A stretch of DNA of 64,000 bases from Octopus bimaculoides (GCF_001194135.2 NC_068990.1:83522786-83586785), one strand, 5' to 3'; positions 25,534 through 36,748 are shown, numbered from the stretch's first letter. Translations and numbers: made by a program. Notes: generated by a model not told the origin, from the sequence alone.

Positions 25534-26444
25534 ATTTTTATTTTTATTTNNNNNNNNNNNNNNNNNNNNNNNNNNNNNNNNNNNNNNNNNNNNNNNNNNN
25601 NNNNNNNNNNNNNNNNNNNNNNNNNNNNNNNNNNNNNNNNNNNNNNNNNNNNNNNNNNNNNNNNNNNNNNNNNNNNNNNNNNNNNNNNNNNNNNNNNNNN
25701 NNNNNNNNNNNNNNNNNNNNNNNNNNNNNNNNNNNNNNNNNNNNNNNNNNNNNNNNNNNNNNNNNNNNNNNNNNNNNNNNNNNNNNNNNNNNNNNNNNNN
25801 NNNNNNNNNNNNNNNNNNNNNNNNNNNNNNNNNNNNNNNNNNNNNNNNNNNNNNNNNNNNNNNNNNNNNNNNNNNNNNNNNNNNNNNNNNNNNNNNNNNN
25901 NNNNNNNNNNNNNNNNNNNNNNNNNNNNNNNNNNNNNNNNNNNNNNNNNNNNNNNNNNNNNNNNNNNNNNNNNNNNNNNNNNNNNNNNNNNNNNNNNNNN
26001 NNNNNNNNNNNNNNNNNNNNNNNNNNNNNNNNNNNNNNNNNNNNNNNNNNNNNNNNNNNNNNNNNNNNNNNNNNNNNNNNNNNNNNNNNNNNNNNNNNNN
26101 NNNNNNNNNNNNNNNNNNNNNNNNNNNNNNNNNNNNNNNNNNNNNNNNNNNNNNNNNNNNNNNNNNNNNNNNNNNNNNNNNNNNNNNNNNNNNNNNNNNN
26201 NNNNNNNNNNNNNNNNNNNNNNNNNNNNNNNNNNNNNNNNNNNNNNNNNNNNNNNNNNNNNNNNNNNNNNNNNNNNNNNNNNNNNNNNNNNNNNNNNNNN
26301 NNNNNNNNNNNNNNNNNNNNNNNNNNNNNNNNNNNNNNNNNNNNNNNNNNNNNNNNNNNNNNNNNNNNNNNNNNNNNNNNNNNNNNNNNNNNNNNNNNNN
26401 NNNNNNNNNNNNNNNNNNNNNNNNNNNNNNNNNNNNNNNNNNNN

Positions 26445-26490
<46 letters not shown>

Positions 26491-27610
26491 TTATAAGCAC
26501 GGAACATATATATATATATATATATATATGCATATCCTTATGCGGCGCACGTGTGTGCGCGCGTATGTGTTTATGTGAGCAAGTGTTAGCGCATAGGTGC
26601 ATTGTAATCGACTTCACCTTTATGCTGTATTGTACTATATTTACTCTGAAATATCAAGACCGACGGAATTTCCTCAACAATGAGACGGTAGCATCGATTT
26701 TGAAATTTTACCAATACTAGAAGCCTACTCAACTGAGAGATATCGTACTTGAAATATCGATCGTAAAAATTCGCTTGGTTCAACTTTTATATGGGGAAAA
26801 GGATATATAATTGAATCATATTATTAGAATGTTTTAAAATGAAATAATGAAATCTTTACTGCGAAACGGAATCTGCTGGACAGAAAGAAAAAAACAAAAA
26901 CAAAATTGAAGGAAATCAATAAAAATATATACACTTATATTACTGAAATAAATGTCACAAGAACTATAATGTTTCCTATTAAGGAATAAAATGTTTGTTT
27001 TGTCATCTAAACTTTTGTAAGACACAAATGTTTAACATTTTGGCAACCAGATTAAAATGGGATGTTATTTATAGTTTTCTATCGATTTCTTTTCGGATAT
27101 GTATTTTTATGTACACCCCCCCCCCCNNNNNNNNNNNNNNNNNNNNNNNNNNNNNNNNNNNNNNNNNNNNNNNNNNNNNNNNNNNNNNNNNNNNNNNNNN
27201 NNNNNNNNNNNNNNNNNNNNNNNNNNNNNNNNNNNNNNNNNNNNNNNNNNNNNNNNNNNNNNNNNNNNNNNNNNNNNNNNNNNNNNNNNNNNNNNNNNNN
27301 NNNNNNNNNNNNNNNNNNNNNNNNNNNNNNNNNNNNNNNNNNNNNNNNNNNNNNNNNNNNNNNNNNNNNNNNNNNNNNNNNNNNNNNNNNNNNNNNNNNN
27401 NNNNNNNNNNNNNNNNNNNNNNNNNNNNNNNNNNNNNNNNNNNNNNNNNNNNNNNNNNNNNNNNNNNNNNNNNNNNNNNNNNNNNNNNNNNNNNNNNNNN
27501 NNNNNNNNNNNNNNNNNNNNNNNNNNNNNNNNNNNNNNNNNNNNNNNNNNNNNNNNNNNNNNNNNNNNNNNNNNNNNNNNNNNNNNNNNNNNNNNNNNNN
27601 NNNNNNNNNN

Positions 27611-27775
27611 CATATATACGACGGGCTTCTTTCAGTTTCCGTCTACCAAATCCACTCAATGCTTTGGTCGGCCCGAGGCTATAGTAGAAGACACTTGCCC
27701 AAAGTGCCACGCAGTGGGAATGAACCCGGAACCATGTGGTTGGTAAGCTACTTACCACACAGCCACTCCTGCGCC
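27611..27775 (-). mobile_element. SINE family B, 5' half
   Basis: High similarity to the reverse complement of 17893-18055. Confidence 0.85.
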
Positions 27776-28111
27776 TATAGACGAGCCATAGTGATAGAAG
27801 CAATTCCTGAAGAAAATTAGTTGGTTATATCGATCCCATTGCTCAGCTGTTACTTATTTTATCGATCTCGAAAGGATGAAAAGCAAAGTCGACTTCGGCG
27901 CAATTCGAGCTCATCTATTTTCAACATTGGTACTATAAGCCAAACCCACACTGACTTCATAAATAAGGTTGACATAATCGGATAGAGATAAGCTAATCTT
28001 GTGACAGCACCAGGAAAGCACGAATGCCACAAATATCAAAAAAGCATCATAGTTTGACCTTCCTCTAATCACGAACAACATTCAGCTTGTCATTCTATTC
28101 GTTGGTTTTAC

Positions 28112-28263
28112 CATCGCCGAGAGTCTCTGCAAGCAGAAGCACATTCTTCACGTATCTAGACTTGCTTCGCAACGACTGGCCCCTTCTCTGCATGACCACA
28201 AGATAATTCATTCCCCTCCAGTTATTGATAGTTGTCAAAGCACAGTGGAAGACAAATAAACAT
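28112..28263 (-). CDS. Candidate internal exon C: CLFVFHCALTTINNWRGMNYLVVMQRRGQSLRSKSRYVKNVLLLAETLGD(G)
   Basis: Acceptor cttccgtctcAG and donor G|GTaaaa. 152 nt inside ORF 28095..28391(-). Phase 2 in matches exon B ending at 30219. Confidence 0.38.
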
Positions 28264-28494
28264 CTGAGACGGAAGTGCAGTTGCACATGCAAGCATCCAA
28301 GACTGCATCCCGAAGAGAACTGTCTACCTGTTCGGCCTGTCGTCACGTTCCAACCTCTGTTATACAGGCGAGGTCTTTCCTCTCCCCACATTTTCTACTG
28401 CTACTATAATGACACGTTTTGTCTTTGAGTAAGACACTTTAATTCACGTTGCCCCAATCCACGCAACTGGCAAAAATTAATAGTAGCTGTATTT

Positions 28495-28668
28495 CAAAGG
28501 GCCAGTCTTGTCACATTCTGTGTCAAGCTGAATCTCTCTGAGGACCTACGTTAAGGGTACATATGTCTATGGAGTACTCAGCCACATGCACGTTAATTTC
28601 ACAAGCAAGCTGTTCCATTGATCGGATCAGCTGGAACCCTTGTTGTCGTAAGTGATGGAGTGTCAGTG
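28495..28668 (+). mobile_element. SINE family C, 3' half
   Basis: tttcaaagggccagtcttgtcac...ctacgttaagggtac...gtcgtaagtgatggagtg. Confidence 0.8.
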
Positions 28669-28798
28669 CCAGGTTTTTTTTTAAAGAAAGGTTATCGTCT
28701 TTGTTTAAAAGCAAATGAGCGACTGTTTAGCATAAGGTAAAGCGCAGTTCAATTAAACCGGTAAATAATACATGGATTAATATTACATCTGTCGTGGC

Positions 28799-28844
28799 CT
28801 TAGAGATTATCTGAGGGTCGCGGGTTCGAGTCCCTCTGTGGGCG
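28799..28844 (+). pseudogene. tRNA-Lys-like 3' half (anticodon arm remnant, T arm, acceptor 3' strand)
   Basis: TTAGA-gatta-TCTGA-GGGTC-GCGGGTTCGAGTCCC-TCTGTGGGCG follows the eukaryotic tRNA-Lys(UUU) 3' half (..AATCTGAGGGTCCAGGGTTCAAGTCCCTGTTCGGGCG). No D arm or 5' acceptor strand, a 5-nt anticodon loop, and no CCA. Confidence 0.7.
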
Positions 28845-28855
28845 TATATTCGTTT

Positions 28856-29425
28856 AAGGCGGCGAGCTGGCAGAAACGTTAGTACACCAGGCGAAATGCT
28901 GAGTTCAATTTCCGCCGGGGTCGACTTTGCCTTTCATCCTTTCGGGGTCGATTAAATAAGAACCAGTTACGCACTGGGGTCGATATAATCGACTTAATCC
29001 GTTTGTCTGTCCTTGTTTCTCCCCTCTGTGTGTAGCCCCTTGTGGGCAGTAAAGAAATAAGAAACGTTAGCATGCCGGGCGAAATGCTTAGCGGTACTTC
29101 GTCTGCCGCTACGTTCTGAGTTCAAATTCCGCCGAGGTCGACTTTGCCTTNNNNNNNNNNTTAATATTACATCTGTCGTGGCCTTAGAGATTATCTGAGG
29201 GTCGCGGGTTCGAGTCCCTCTGTGGGCGTATATTCGTTTAAGGCGGCGAGCTGGCAGAAACGTTAGTACACCAGGCGAAATGCTGAGTTCAATTTCCGCC
29301 GGGGTCGACTTTGCCTTTCATCCTTTCGGGGTCGATAAAATTAAGTACCAGTTGCGTACTGTGGTCGATCTAATCGACTGGCCCTCTCTCACAAAATTTC
29401 GGGCCTTGTGCCAAGAGTAGAAAAG
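28856..29425 (+). mobile_element. SINE family A, two assembled versions across a 10-N gap
   Basis: 28856-29150 has head, internal module and second head. 29240-29425 has head and terminal module. Confidence 0.85.
29183..29228 (+). pseudogene. Second, identical copy of the tRNA-Lys-like 3' half
   Basis: Identical to 28799-28844. Part of the 176-bp exact duplicate across the 10-N gap. Confidence 0.65.
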
Positions 29426-30218
29426 AATATTACATCAGTCGTGACATGACAGAAAACTGAGATCATTTATCACAGGTCGTGGAACTGTCAAAAGAAATTT
29501 TGAAATAAATCAAGGCCAGTAGACATTCTGCCCCCCCCCCAAAAAAAAAAAATAGCAGATCCTTCGATTGGTTACATGGAAAGCTATTAGAATGTAAAAT
29601 ATGAATGTTACAATCAGTTCAATACACAGCTCACAGCAAGATTTTATGTAATATCAATAAGCCACTAAATAAAACAACGATTATTGAAACGAGTCGATAA
29701 GAAACTTATTGATTTGATGCTATATGTAATCGATCAAGCTGCTAAAGAACACCTAGGATAATTTTAAGCTCCCTGCTTTTGGACAATTAGTGTTCTACAA
29801 TATTATGGTGCAATTGTTAGTTGCCAACAGATAGAAGTAACAGAATTCGATTGCAATAACGCAAAATGGATTATCTCTCTTCTCTTCAAATCATTAATAA
29901 ATAACAGAAAAATGTCGGACAATTGAATATAGCAAAATAAATGATGTAAGTCAATTGAACGTAGGACTACCATACGTAAGTTTACGTTAAAACCAGACGC
30001 TAGACATTGCATCATGAAAGGACATAACCCTCAATCTTTTAAATACTCCTCAAGTATGTGGTATAATTCATGTGGAGGCGCAGGATTTAGGACGTGAATA
30101 CAGAGCAGGCCGCGATACTCAATAGTTAAATGAGCTACGGAGGAGTATTATGCATATGTCTCTTCTAATGCATATGGTAATATTAGTGAAATTTTTAATA
30201 CAGTGGTTAGAAAATTAC

Positions 30219-30336
30219 TGAACAGAAAAATAACCTTTGGGCGTGGGATGGACTTGATAGTCGCACACTTTATCCAGGGGAACTCTTGTCAACCTTTTCA
30301 AAAACAATGGACGCTGAAATCGATGTAACAAATAGC
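30219..30336 (-). CDS. Candidate internal exon B: (G)YLLHRFQRPLFLKRLTRVPLDKVCDYQVHPTPKGYFSV(Q)
   Basis: Acceptor catctgtcAG with an upstream T-tract. Phase 1 in, matching exon A (G|GC = Gly). Donor CA|GTaatt at 30218 gives phase 2 out; an alternative donor AAG|GTtatt would end the exon at 30235. Confidence 0.45.
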
Positions 30337-30519
30337 CTGACAGATGTACGATTAAGGTCCAGACAACAGAAAAAAAAGAACATCAATATCCCCATAGTAT
30401 GTTTAAGCGTTATGCATAAACTATACAAGCATACACAGGCCTGTTGCGATATCTCCAGCATTTCCTTTTGTCAGATTCGTTTCTTCATAGCTAGTATCTT
30501 TGACCGAACTGCGGTCTAG

Positions 30520-31400
30520 GTGAAGCAAAAATTGAGACAAGGTGTTTGGCACCTGGAAAGTCTTCAAGCCCTCAGTTCTCTACCAGCTGGGAAATGCTAC
30601 CGGAAGAATTATTGTTGACCAAAAACGATAATGTTCTTGGAGAAATTCTGGCATCGATGAAAATCAACTGGATGGTCTATTACTGTGGACTTTTGAGTAG
30701 GGACCTAATGGATAATTTCCAAATTTTCCTTGTTTCACAGTGCTTTGGAACTTGGAGATAAACTGTACAGACACAGAAGTGCTCCTAGCCGGGTCCTTTC
30801 GGGAGGTACACAGGGAAACGAAACCGTTCTGAAGGCATTCGTTCTGTATCATAGGGTTACTGACTTGTGGAATTATGTCGAATAGCTGATATCATGTGTA
30901 AGGAGTTATCAAGCTGAATTTATTGTGATGGCAGTCCCTCAGCCTTCCTTTCATCAGGAGGGAGAGGTAGTTTTGTTAATCTGTCTGGTGACTTTGGTGA
31001 AAGAGGTTGTGTGGTGAATAAGAATGAAATGGAAGAAGACAGGCATTTTCCTTCAGGGCGAAGCTTTCATCAACTTTCTCAAGTCTCACTTGAAAAGGAA
31101 GTTGAGAGTTAAAATGGAAGTACTGTCAGCCAGCAAATTTGTTCAATGATGAACGAAAGAGACGAGCATGGTCTGTGTTAACGGGCCAACTCTGAGCATG
31201 CGTATATAGACTTACGAAGGACAACTTGGAGTGAAATTGTAGCGGTTCCATAAGTTGCTTTTGGGGGTCTCCCCAATATTAGGAAATTTTTCGTTTGAAT
31301 CTTTGCTTTGTCTTTCTTTTTGTGATTTATTTCGTTTACATTGGTTTTTAGTGCAATTTCTCATTCTTTCGTCCTCTATCGTTCACGATCTTTTTGTGAA
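30520..31400 (+). pseudogene. Tx1/L1-like LINE ORF2 C-terminus and 3' UTR relic
   Basis: MDNFQ..DKLYRHRSA..NETVLKAFV..DLWNYVE (degenerate zf-RVT region), then VW*IRMK..FINFLKSHLKRKLRV..VNGPTLSMRI*. Confidence 0.75.
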
Positions 31401-31459
31401 CACTTGTGGTTGTTGTTGTTGTTGCTGTTCTCCTCCTTCTTCTTCATCTTCTTCTTTTT

Positions 31460-31522
<63 letters not shown>

Positions 31523-31669
31523 GTTATCCATTTTCCTTGCTGTTATTGCTGCTATCATAAAAATTTATGACGAGGTTGTCACATCAAAGAAAGCGCAAAT
31601 GTCCTCTTAACCCCGTTCTTTGAATTTGAAAAGACGACTGCTTTGTTCATACTATCAGATAAAAGTTAT

Positions 31670-31715
<46 letters not shown>

Positions 31716-31747
31716 TACATACATACATACATACATACATACATACA

Positions 31748-31781
<34 letters not shown>

Positions 31782-32084
31782 CATAGGCAATGTGCCTGTG
31801 TGTATGTATATCTTTCGAGAGAACAAAAGATAAATATTGAAATCCTAAAATCTTTTATCTTCGTTTTAAACAAGATAAGACAAAACCGTGAATTGATATT
31901 CTTTTGTGTATAACAAGATGTATATAATTAAACAAGACAAGTGGCATCACACCTTCATCAGGTAGTCAGAAAATGGAACCTGCCAAATTGTGAAAATGAG
32001 ATAATCTTCTTTAAAAGATAGTCTTCATGTTAGAAGTTTTGTAAATTTCTTTTTGTGTGAGTGGGAGTATCGCATGTCCTTGTG

Positions 32085-33030
32085 AATTTCAGGTTACCAC
32101 CCACCACTCCTCTCTAATCACCTTCATCTACTATAAACCCAAAGACTCAAACTTTCATCCCAATATCTCTGCCTCCCATCGTACGCACACCAAACGGTCC
32201 ATTCCTTACTCTCATTTCCTCCGCCTCTGCCAGCTCTGTAGTGACGACCACAACTTCGAAAGACAGTCCCAATTCATGGCTCGCCAGTTCACCGACAGAG
32301 ATATCTCCATCACCGTCATCCAGTACCCCTCACCCGTGCCTCAAAGTCATGGCTTGCCAGTTCGCCCAACAGTGCTACCCCCATCACCGCCATCCAAACC
32401 GTCCTCACCCCGATGTATCGACGTACATCCACTCTCTCCCGCCCTACCCTTACCTATTAACCCTCTACCTTACACCTCCAACGCACTATTCTACGTGCTT
32501 TCCCCGACCCCATCTGACGTCCCAAATTTTACTTAACCCTTCCTTCTGCTTCAAACGTGCCCATATCCAACATAATCTTGTGGTCTGTAGCTTCTTCCCA
32601 ATTCCTGACTCCCAACCGAGCCCCTTCACTTGTACTTTCTCACGCTGTCCCTACCTGCTCCTACCTCTCCAACACCACTACTTTCACAGATAAACCCCCT
32701 GCCCCAACCATTCACCTGCACTTCCAGCAATTTAATCTATTGCATTCTCTGCTCTCTGTTACTCACTGTACAGTGGTGTAACTGACCGGTATTTAGCTGA
32801 CCTGTTTACCGAACATCTCCAGCACATCAGACTCGACAACGACAATCCGGTCTCGCGCTGCTTCCGCTTCACCGGTCATTCCCTGCGACATCTGTCTGTG
32901 TTCGGATTTTCCTTCTACAGTGGTCACCCGGAGACCCGCCTCCATCGAGAGCAGAAATCTATTTTCTTTCTCCACTCCTCAGTCCTTTATGACCTCAGTT
33001 ATTCGCCTCACTTCATCTTAACCCACCTCC
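32085..33030 (+). pseudogene. Penelope-like element relic: RT thumb and GIY-YIG endonuclease
   Basis: YKPKDS..SH..HTKRSIPYSHFLRLCQLCSDD.NFE, TCSYLSNTTTF, and LADLFTEHLQHIRLDND.PVSR.F..TGHSL..LSVFG..REQKSIF. Frameshifted. Confidence 0.88.
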
Positions 33031-33086
33031 ATACACCTTCCACATTTCACAACCCCTCTCACTCAATAATAATAATAATAATGATA

Positions 33087-33124
<38 letters not shown>

Positions 33125-33156
33125 AATTTCAAATTTTGGAACAAGGCTAGTAATTT

Positions 33157-33194
<38 letters not shown>

Positions 33195-33215
33195 CTAGAG
33201 AGAGAGAGAGAGAGC

Positions 33216-33302
<87 letters not shown>

Positions 33303-33334
33303 AGAGAGAGAGAGCTAGAGAGAGACAGAGACAG

Positions 33335-33505
33335 AGTCAGTCGATTGTCTCGACTCCAGTGTTCATCTGGTACTTATTTTACTGACCCCCAAAGGGTGAA
33401 AGGCAAAGTCAGCCTCAGCAGAATTTGAACTCAGAACGTAAAGGTGGACGAAATGCCGGTAAGCATTTTCCCCAGCGTGCTAACGACCCTGCCAGCTCAC
33501 CGCTT
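33335..33505 (-). mobile_element. SINE family A, diverged
   Basis: Reverse complement of head through gtcgagacaatcgactg. Confidence 0.75.
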
Positions 33506-33927
33506 TCTATAACGATAACAAAAACCGTTCGTAGCTATTGACTCGGCAGCATTACTGCCGGCGATTTCCTGCCAGAAGCTGGATGTAATACAAAAACAAT
33601 ATGAAAATAAAATAGCTGAATGTCTTTTCTCTCAACGAATGATTTCTATGGCTTTATTTTGATATCCTTATTTGAATGCTTCAACAAAGAGCTCTAACTT
33701 CCATGTTTGAAACCGGTCGAAAAATAGGAAATGTTAATTTCATTGTAAAATTGATTAATTCAATTTTTGATGACGTAAATTGAGTTCCGTTATTGGATAT
33801 TATTGTTTCACGCTGTCCTTTCAATGGAAAAAAAAAATTACGGAGTTTATTTAATGCTTTATTAGAAATTGTTGGTGTTTTCGATGCAACACAAGAACAT
33901 TTTTAGAACGATTCAGTGACAGCATAC

Positions 33928-34025
33928 CGTATTTTATTGCACTCTGGTCAGGCGTCGACGAAATGTATTCGATGCCGTCGTTCAGAAAGAAGTCTTTTGG
34001 CCTTTCGTTATATTCTTTACCAAGT
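33928..34025 (-). CDS. Candidate internal exon A of an unidentified host gene: (x)LGKEYNERPKDFFLNDGIEYISSTPDQSAIKY(G)
   Basis: Non-repetitive 98-nt segment with acceptor ttcttaacAG and donor G|GTatgc. Open frame with phase 2 in and phase 1 out. An integrase-core relic is an alternative reading (see findings). Confidence 0.45.
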
Positions 34026-34109
34026 CTGTTAAGAACTGATTGACGTGCAGGTCATTAATTTGACTACTACATCTATATTTATATCGGACTGCATTTTCGG
34101 GAGAGAGTA

Positions 34110-34280
34110 TAAATCAATTATATCAAAGCCAGTGTTGAACTGGTTCATTTTTTATCGACCCTGAAAGGACGAAAGGCAAACTCGACCTCAGCGGAATTTG
34201 AACTCAGAACTTAAAGGACGGACAAAATTTCGCTAAGCATTTTTGCCCGACGTGCTAACGATTCTGCCATCTCACTTCCT
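34110..34280 (-). mobile_element. SINE family A, diverged
   Basis: cgaccctgaaaggacgaaaggcaaactcgacctcagcggaatttgaactcagaac...tgctaacgattctgcc is the reverse complement of the head. Confidence 0.75.
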
Positions 34281-34689
34281 TAATAACAGCGATACAGTGA
34301 ACGTTTTTAACCAATTTTATTCTGAATTTTTTGGAGCCCATTTCAGAAAAGGTGACAACAGGTTCTAAATATTGTACTGGTTTATTTCGAAATATGAATA
34401 TTTAAGAGACGTTTTCTTTCATTTTGGAATGCTGCTTATTTTTTTAACTTCTTTTATACTTCAATAAGCTTTTAAAATCAATACAGGGGTCAAGGCTGCA
34501 GAACCTATAATTTTGTATGTATTTAAATGTAGTATCTAATTAGTACTGAATCGATTTATTATTGATTTATGTCGAAATATAGCATATATTTCCGATTTCT
34601 TCATAAATATTAACTTAATTTGTTGTCAGAATAAAAATTTCTGTCGTAACAAGGAACAGGGTTTTTTTTTTTAATATAATTTTACTTAT

Positions 34690-34868
34690 GTCTAATAACT
34701 CCTCATTGGGAATGAGAACTCAGGTTTCAAATTTCCCCAAGACACCTGATGAAGGCTGGAGGGTATATCAGCCGAAACTTTGTGCTAACAACAAACAAGA
34801 TGAGGACAAATATCCGTCAATTGTAAATGATGTACATAATTCCTCATCTCTTAGATATACAACTGTAC
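34690..34868 (+). mobile_element. Penelope-type pseudo-LTR fragment carrying the hammerhead
   Basis: Contains the hammerhead motif at 34741-34785. The inference rests on the established PLE-pLTR/minimal hammerhead association. Confidence 0.55.
34741..34785 (+). ncRNA. Minimal type I hammerhead ribozyme motif of the Penelope pLTR type, slightly degenerate
   Basis: gacac-CTGATGA-a-GGCTG-gagggtatat-CAGCC-GAAAC-ttt-gtgc. The core is intact and stem II has 5 bp. Stem I (ACAC/GTGC) has one mismatch, and the palindromic stem III is disrupted (GAAACTTT instead of GAAACGTH). Confidence 0.7.
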
Positions 34869-34869
34869 T

Positions 34870-35185
34870 ACTACCTCTTCGTCACTCATTAATCCTCTTT
34901 CACCTTCAGCTCTTTTCCAGTGTAACCGCTCCACGTATGATTGGGATATCTTTCTTTGCATTATAAGCTGTTTTCTTCTTTTCTTGTCGATCTCCTTCAA
35001 CTCACTCCTATCCCTATCAACAATTCCAGTTTCATATCTTATTAGTTATACTTCCCTCAGGTTGATTGCATATTTGATATTTCCCACATCCAATTTGAAT
35101 TTTAAAATCTTTCTACTGCAATATTCTCTACAGAGAACCTCTTTTATCCCTATACCTTTGATTCTGTTACTTTCCAGTATTCTAG

Positions 35186-35224
<39 letters not shown>

Positions 35225-35760
35225 TTTATATTATCGTCGTCGTTAGATAGATATATTCTAGAATATTTTTATGAATTTTTCCCGTTCCAGCTTCATTTTA
35301 GCACATTTCTCGTTTCCGAATCCGAATGTCATTCCAATGTCACTAGTAAATATTCTTATGGTTCGCATTAAGAAATACAGTCGATTCATTTCTTAGCACG
35401 AAGCGCTTTAAATCATCTATAAATAGAAGATGGCTCACTTTTTCTCTATTCTTTCCCAGTGAGTATCCTTTCTAAGCTTTGTCCACTATAATCGACAAAC
35501 GGGTTTGTGTTATTTCACACAAGATAAGAGAGAGAGAGTGAGAGAAAGTGTGAGAGAGAAGCAGCTTCTTGAAACATATCTCTTCTGATCTGTATTTCTG
35601 CTAAACTTACCGCTCCAAGTGTTAACTCTACTCTCAACTTTCGCATTGCAGTTTGGCAGTCTTCTAACCTTTTTTCAAGATATTGAACACTTCTGATGGG
35701 CAGGCACTGCTTAAATTCCCGAATGTGGGAGCAGGTCTCACACACATTTCTATAAATCAA
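34870..35760 (-). pseudogene. R4/Dong-like RT relic
   Basis: LRVELTLGAVSLAEIQIRRDMFQ, (SH)LLFIDDLK, RIFTSDIGMTFG..EKCAKMKLER and ELKEIDKKRRKQL..VERLHWKRAEG. Split by (TA)n at about 35190-35219. Confidence 0.85.
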
Positions 35761-35874
35761 ATTATCAACGCGATTCATAAATTTGTCACTCTCTTTCTGC
35801 AATACTTCAACACCATTTCGTTAATCATTAATTGGTCTTTCATTCCTTCACTTTTATTTTGGTTTGACAGGTTC

Positions 35875-36193
35875 CTCCTCCTCCTCCTCCTCCTCCTCCT
35901 CATCATCATCATCATCATCATCATCGTCATCGTCATCATCATCATCATCATCATCATCGTCATCGTCATCGTTCTCTTCTGCCTCCTCCTCCTCCTCTTC
36001 TTCCTCCTCCTTCTCATCATCATCATTATCATCATCATCACCATCATCAACATCATCATCAACATCATCATCCATCATCATTATCCTCCTCATCGTCATC
36101 CTCCTTATCCTCATCTTCATCCTCGTCCTCATCCACATCATCATCCTCATCGTCATCCTCCCCTGCTTCCTCTTCCTCATCCTCCTCCTCCTT

Positions 36194-36235
<42 letters not shown>

Positions 36236-36236
36236 G
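35875..36236. repeat. Compound (CCT)n/(CAT)n/(ATT)n microsatellite
   Basis: Direct reading. Confidence 0.95.
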
Positions 36237-36700
36237 AGTGAGAGAGCCGTGCATGCCATCAAAGTGACACTGGAGTAAAATATACAAAGCCCAGTATACC
36301 CATCATGACTACCCGTCTGATAAGGGTACACCAGGCACATGCATCACAACCATATGTGTGTGACATAGTGGTCTAATATCAAGATAAACAGCGCATGACC
36401 TTGCAGGTGGGGCCCAGTTAGAATTTTCTTCAGGTCGAGTAGCCTATCCCGCTCAAAAGGTCCCTGAATAAGGTTTGTTTAGGGATGTTGAGCAAAACAC
36501 CCAAAGGTGAATTATTCAAACCCCAAAGAATTCCTCTCGGCTATGATGCTCCCCCACTACTTCTGCTCATGATCAGAGATGCACATATCGTCAGCCACCA
36601 AGGGACATGCTCAACTGGTTAAGGTCAAACAACCAACAAGCAAATCTGTGGTATTAAGCAGAATATTTGCTGTAGCCCATCTTTTACACCAAGACAAAAC
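36190..36700 (-). mobile_element. (TAA)n-tailed non-coding retroelement 3' portion (long 3' UTR or SINE)
   Basis: About 460 bp of complex sequence ending on the minus strand in ...ctctctcactc followed by (aat)n. The same terminal ctctcactcaataataat recurs at about 33057(+). Confidence 0.6.
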
Positions 36701-36713
36701 AATGTCTTAATTG

Positions 36714-36748
<35 letters not shown>

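Noticed and set aside
26586-26783. 65-aa minus-strand ORF between candidate exons
   Set aside because: The internal splice sites give only phase-0 micro-exons, incompatible with exon C (phase 1 out). No family resemblance.
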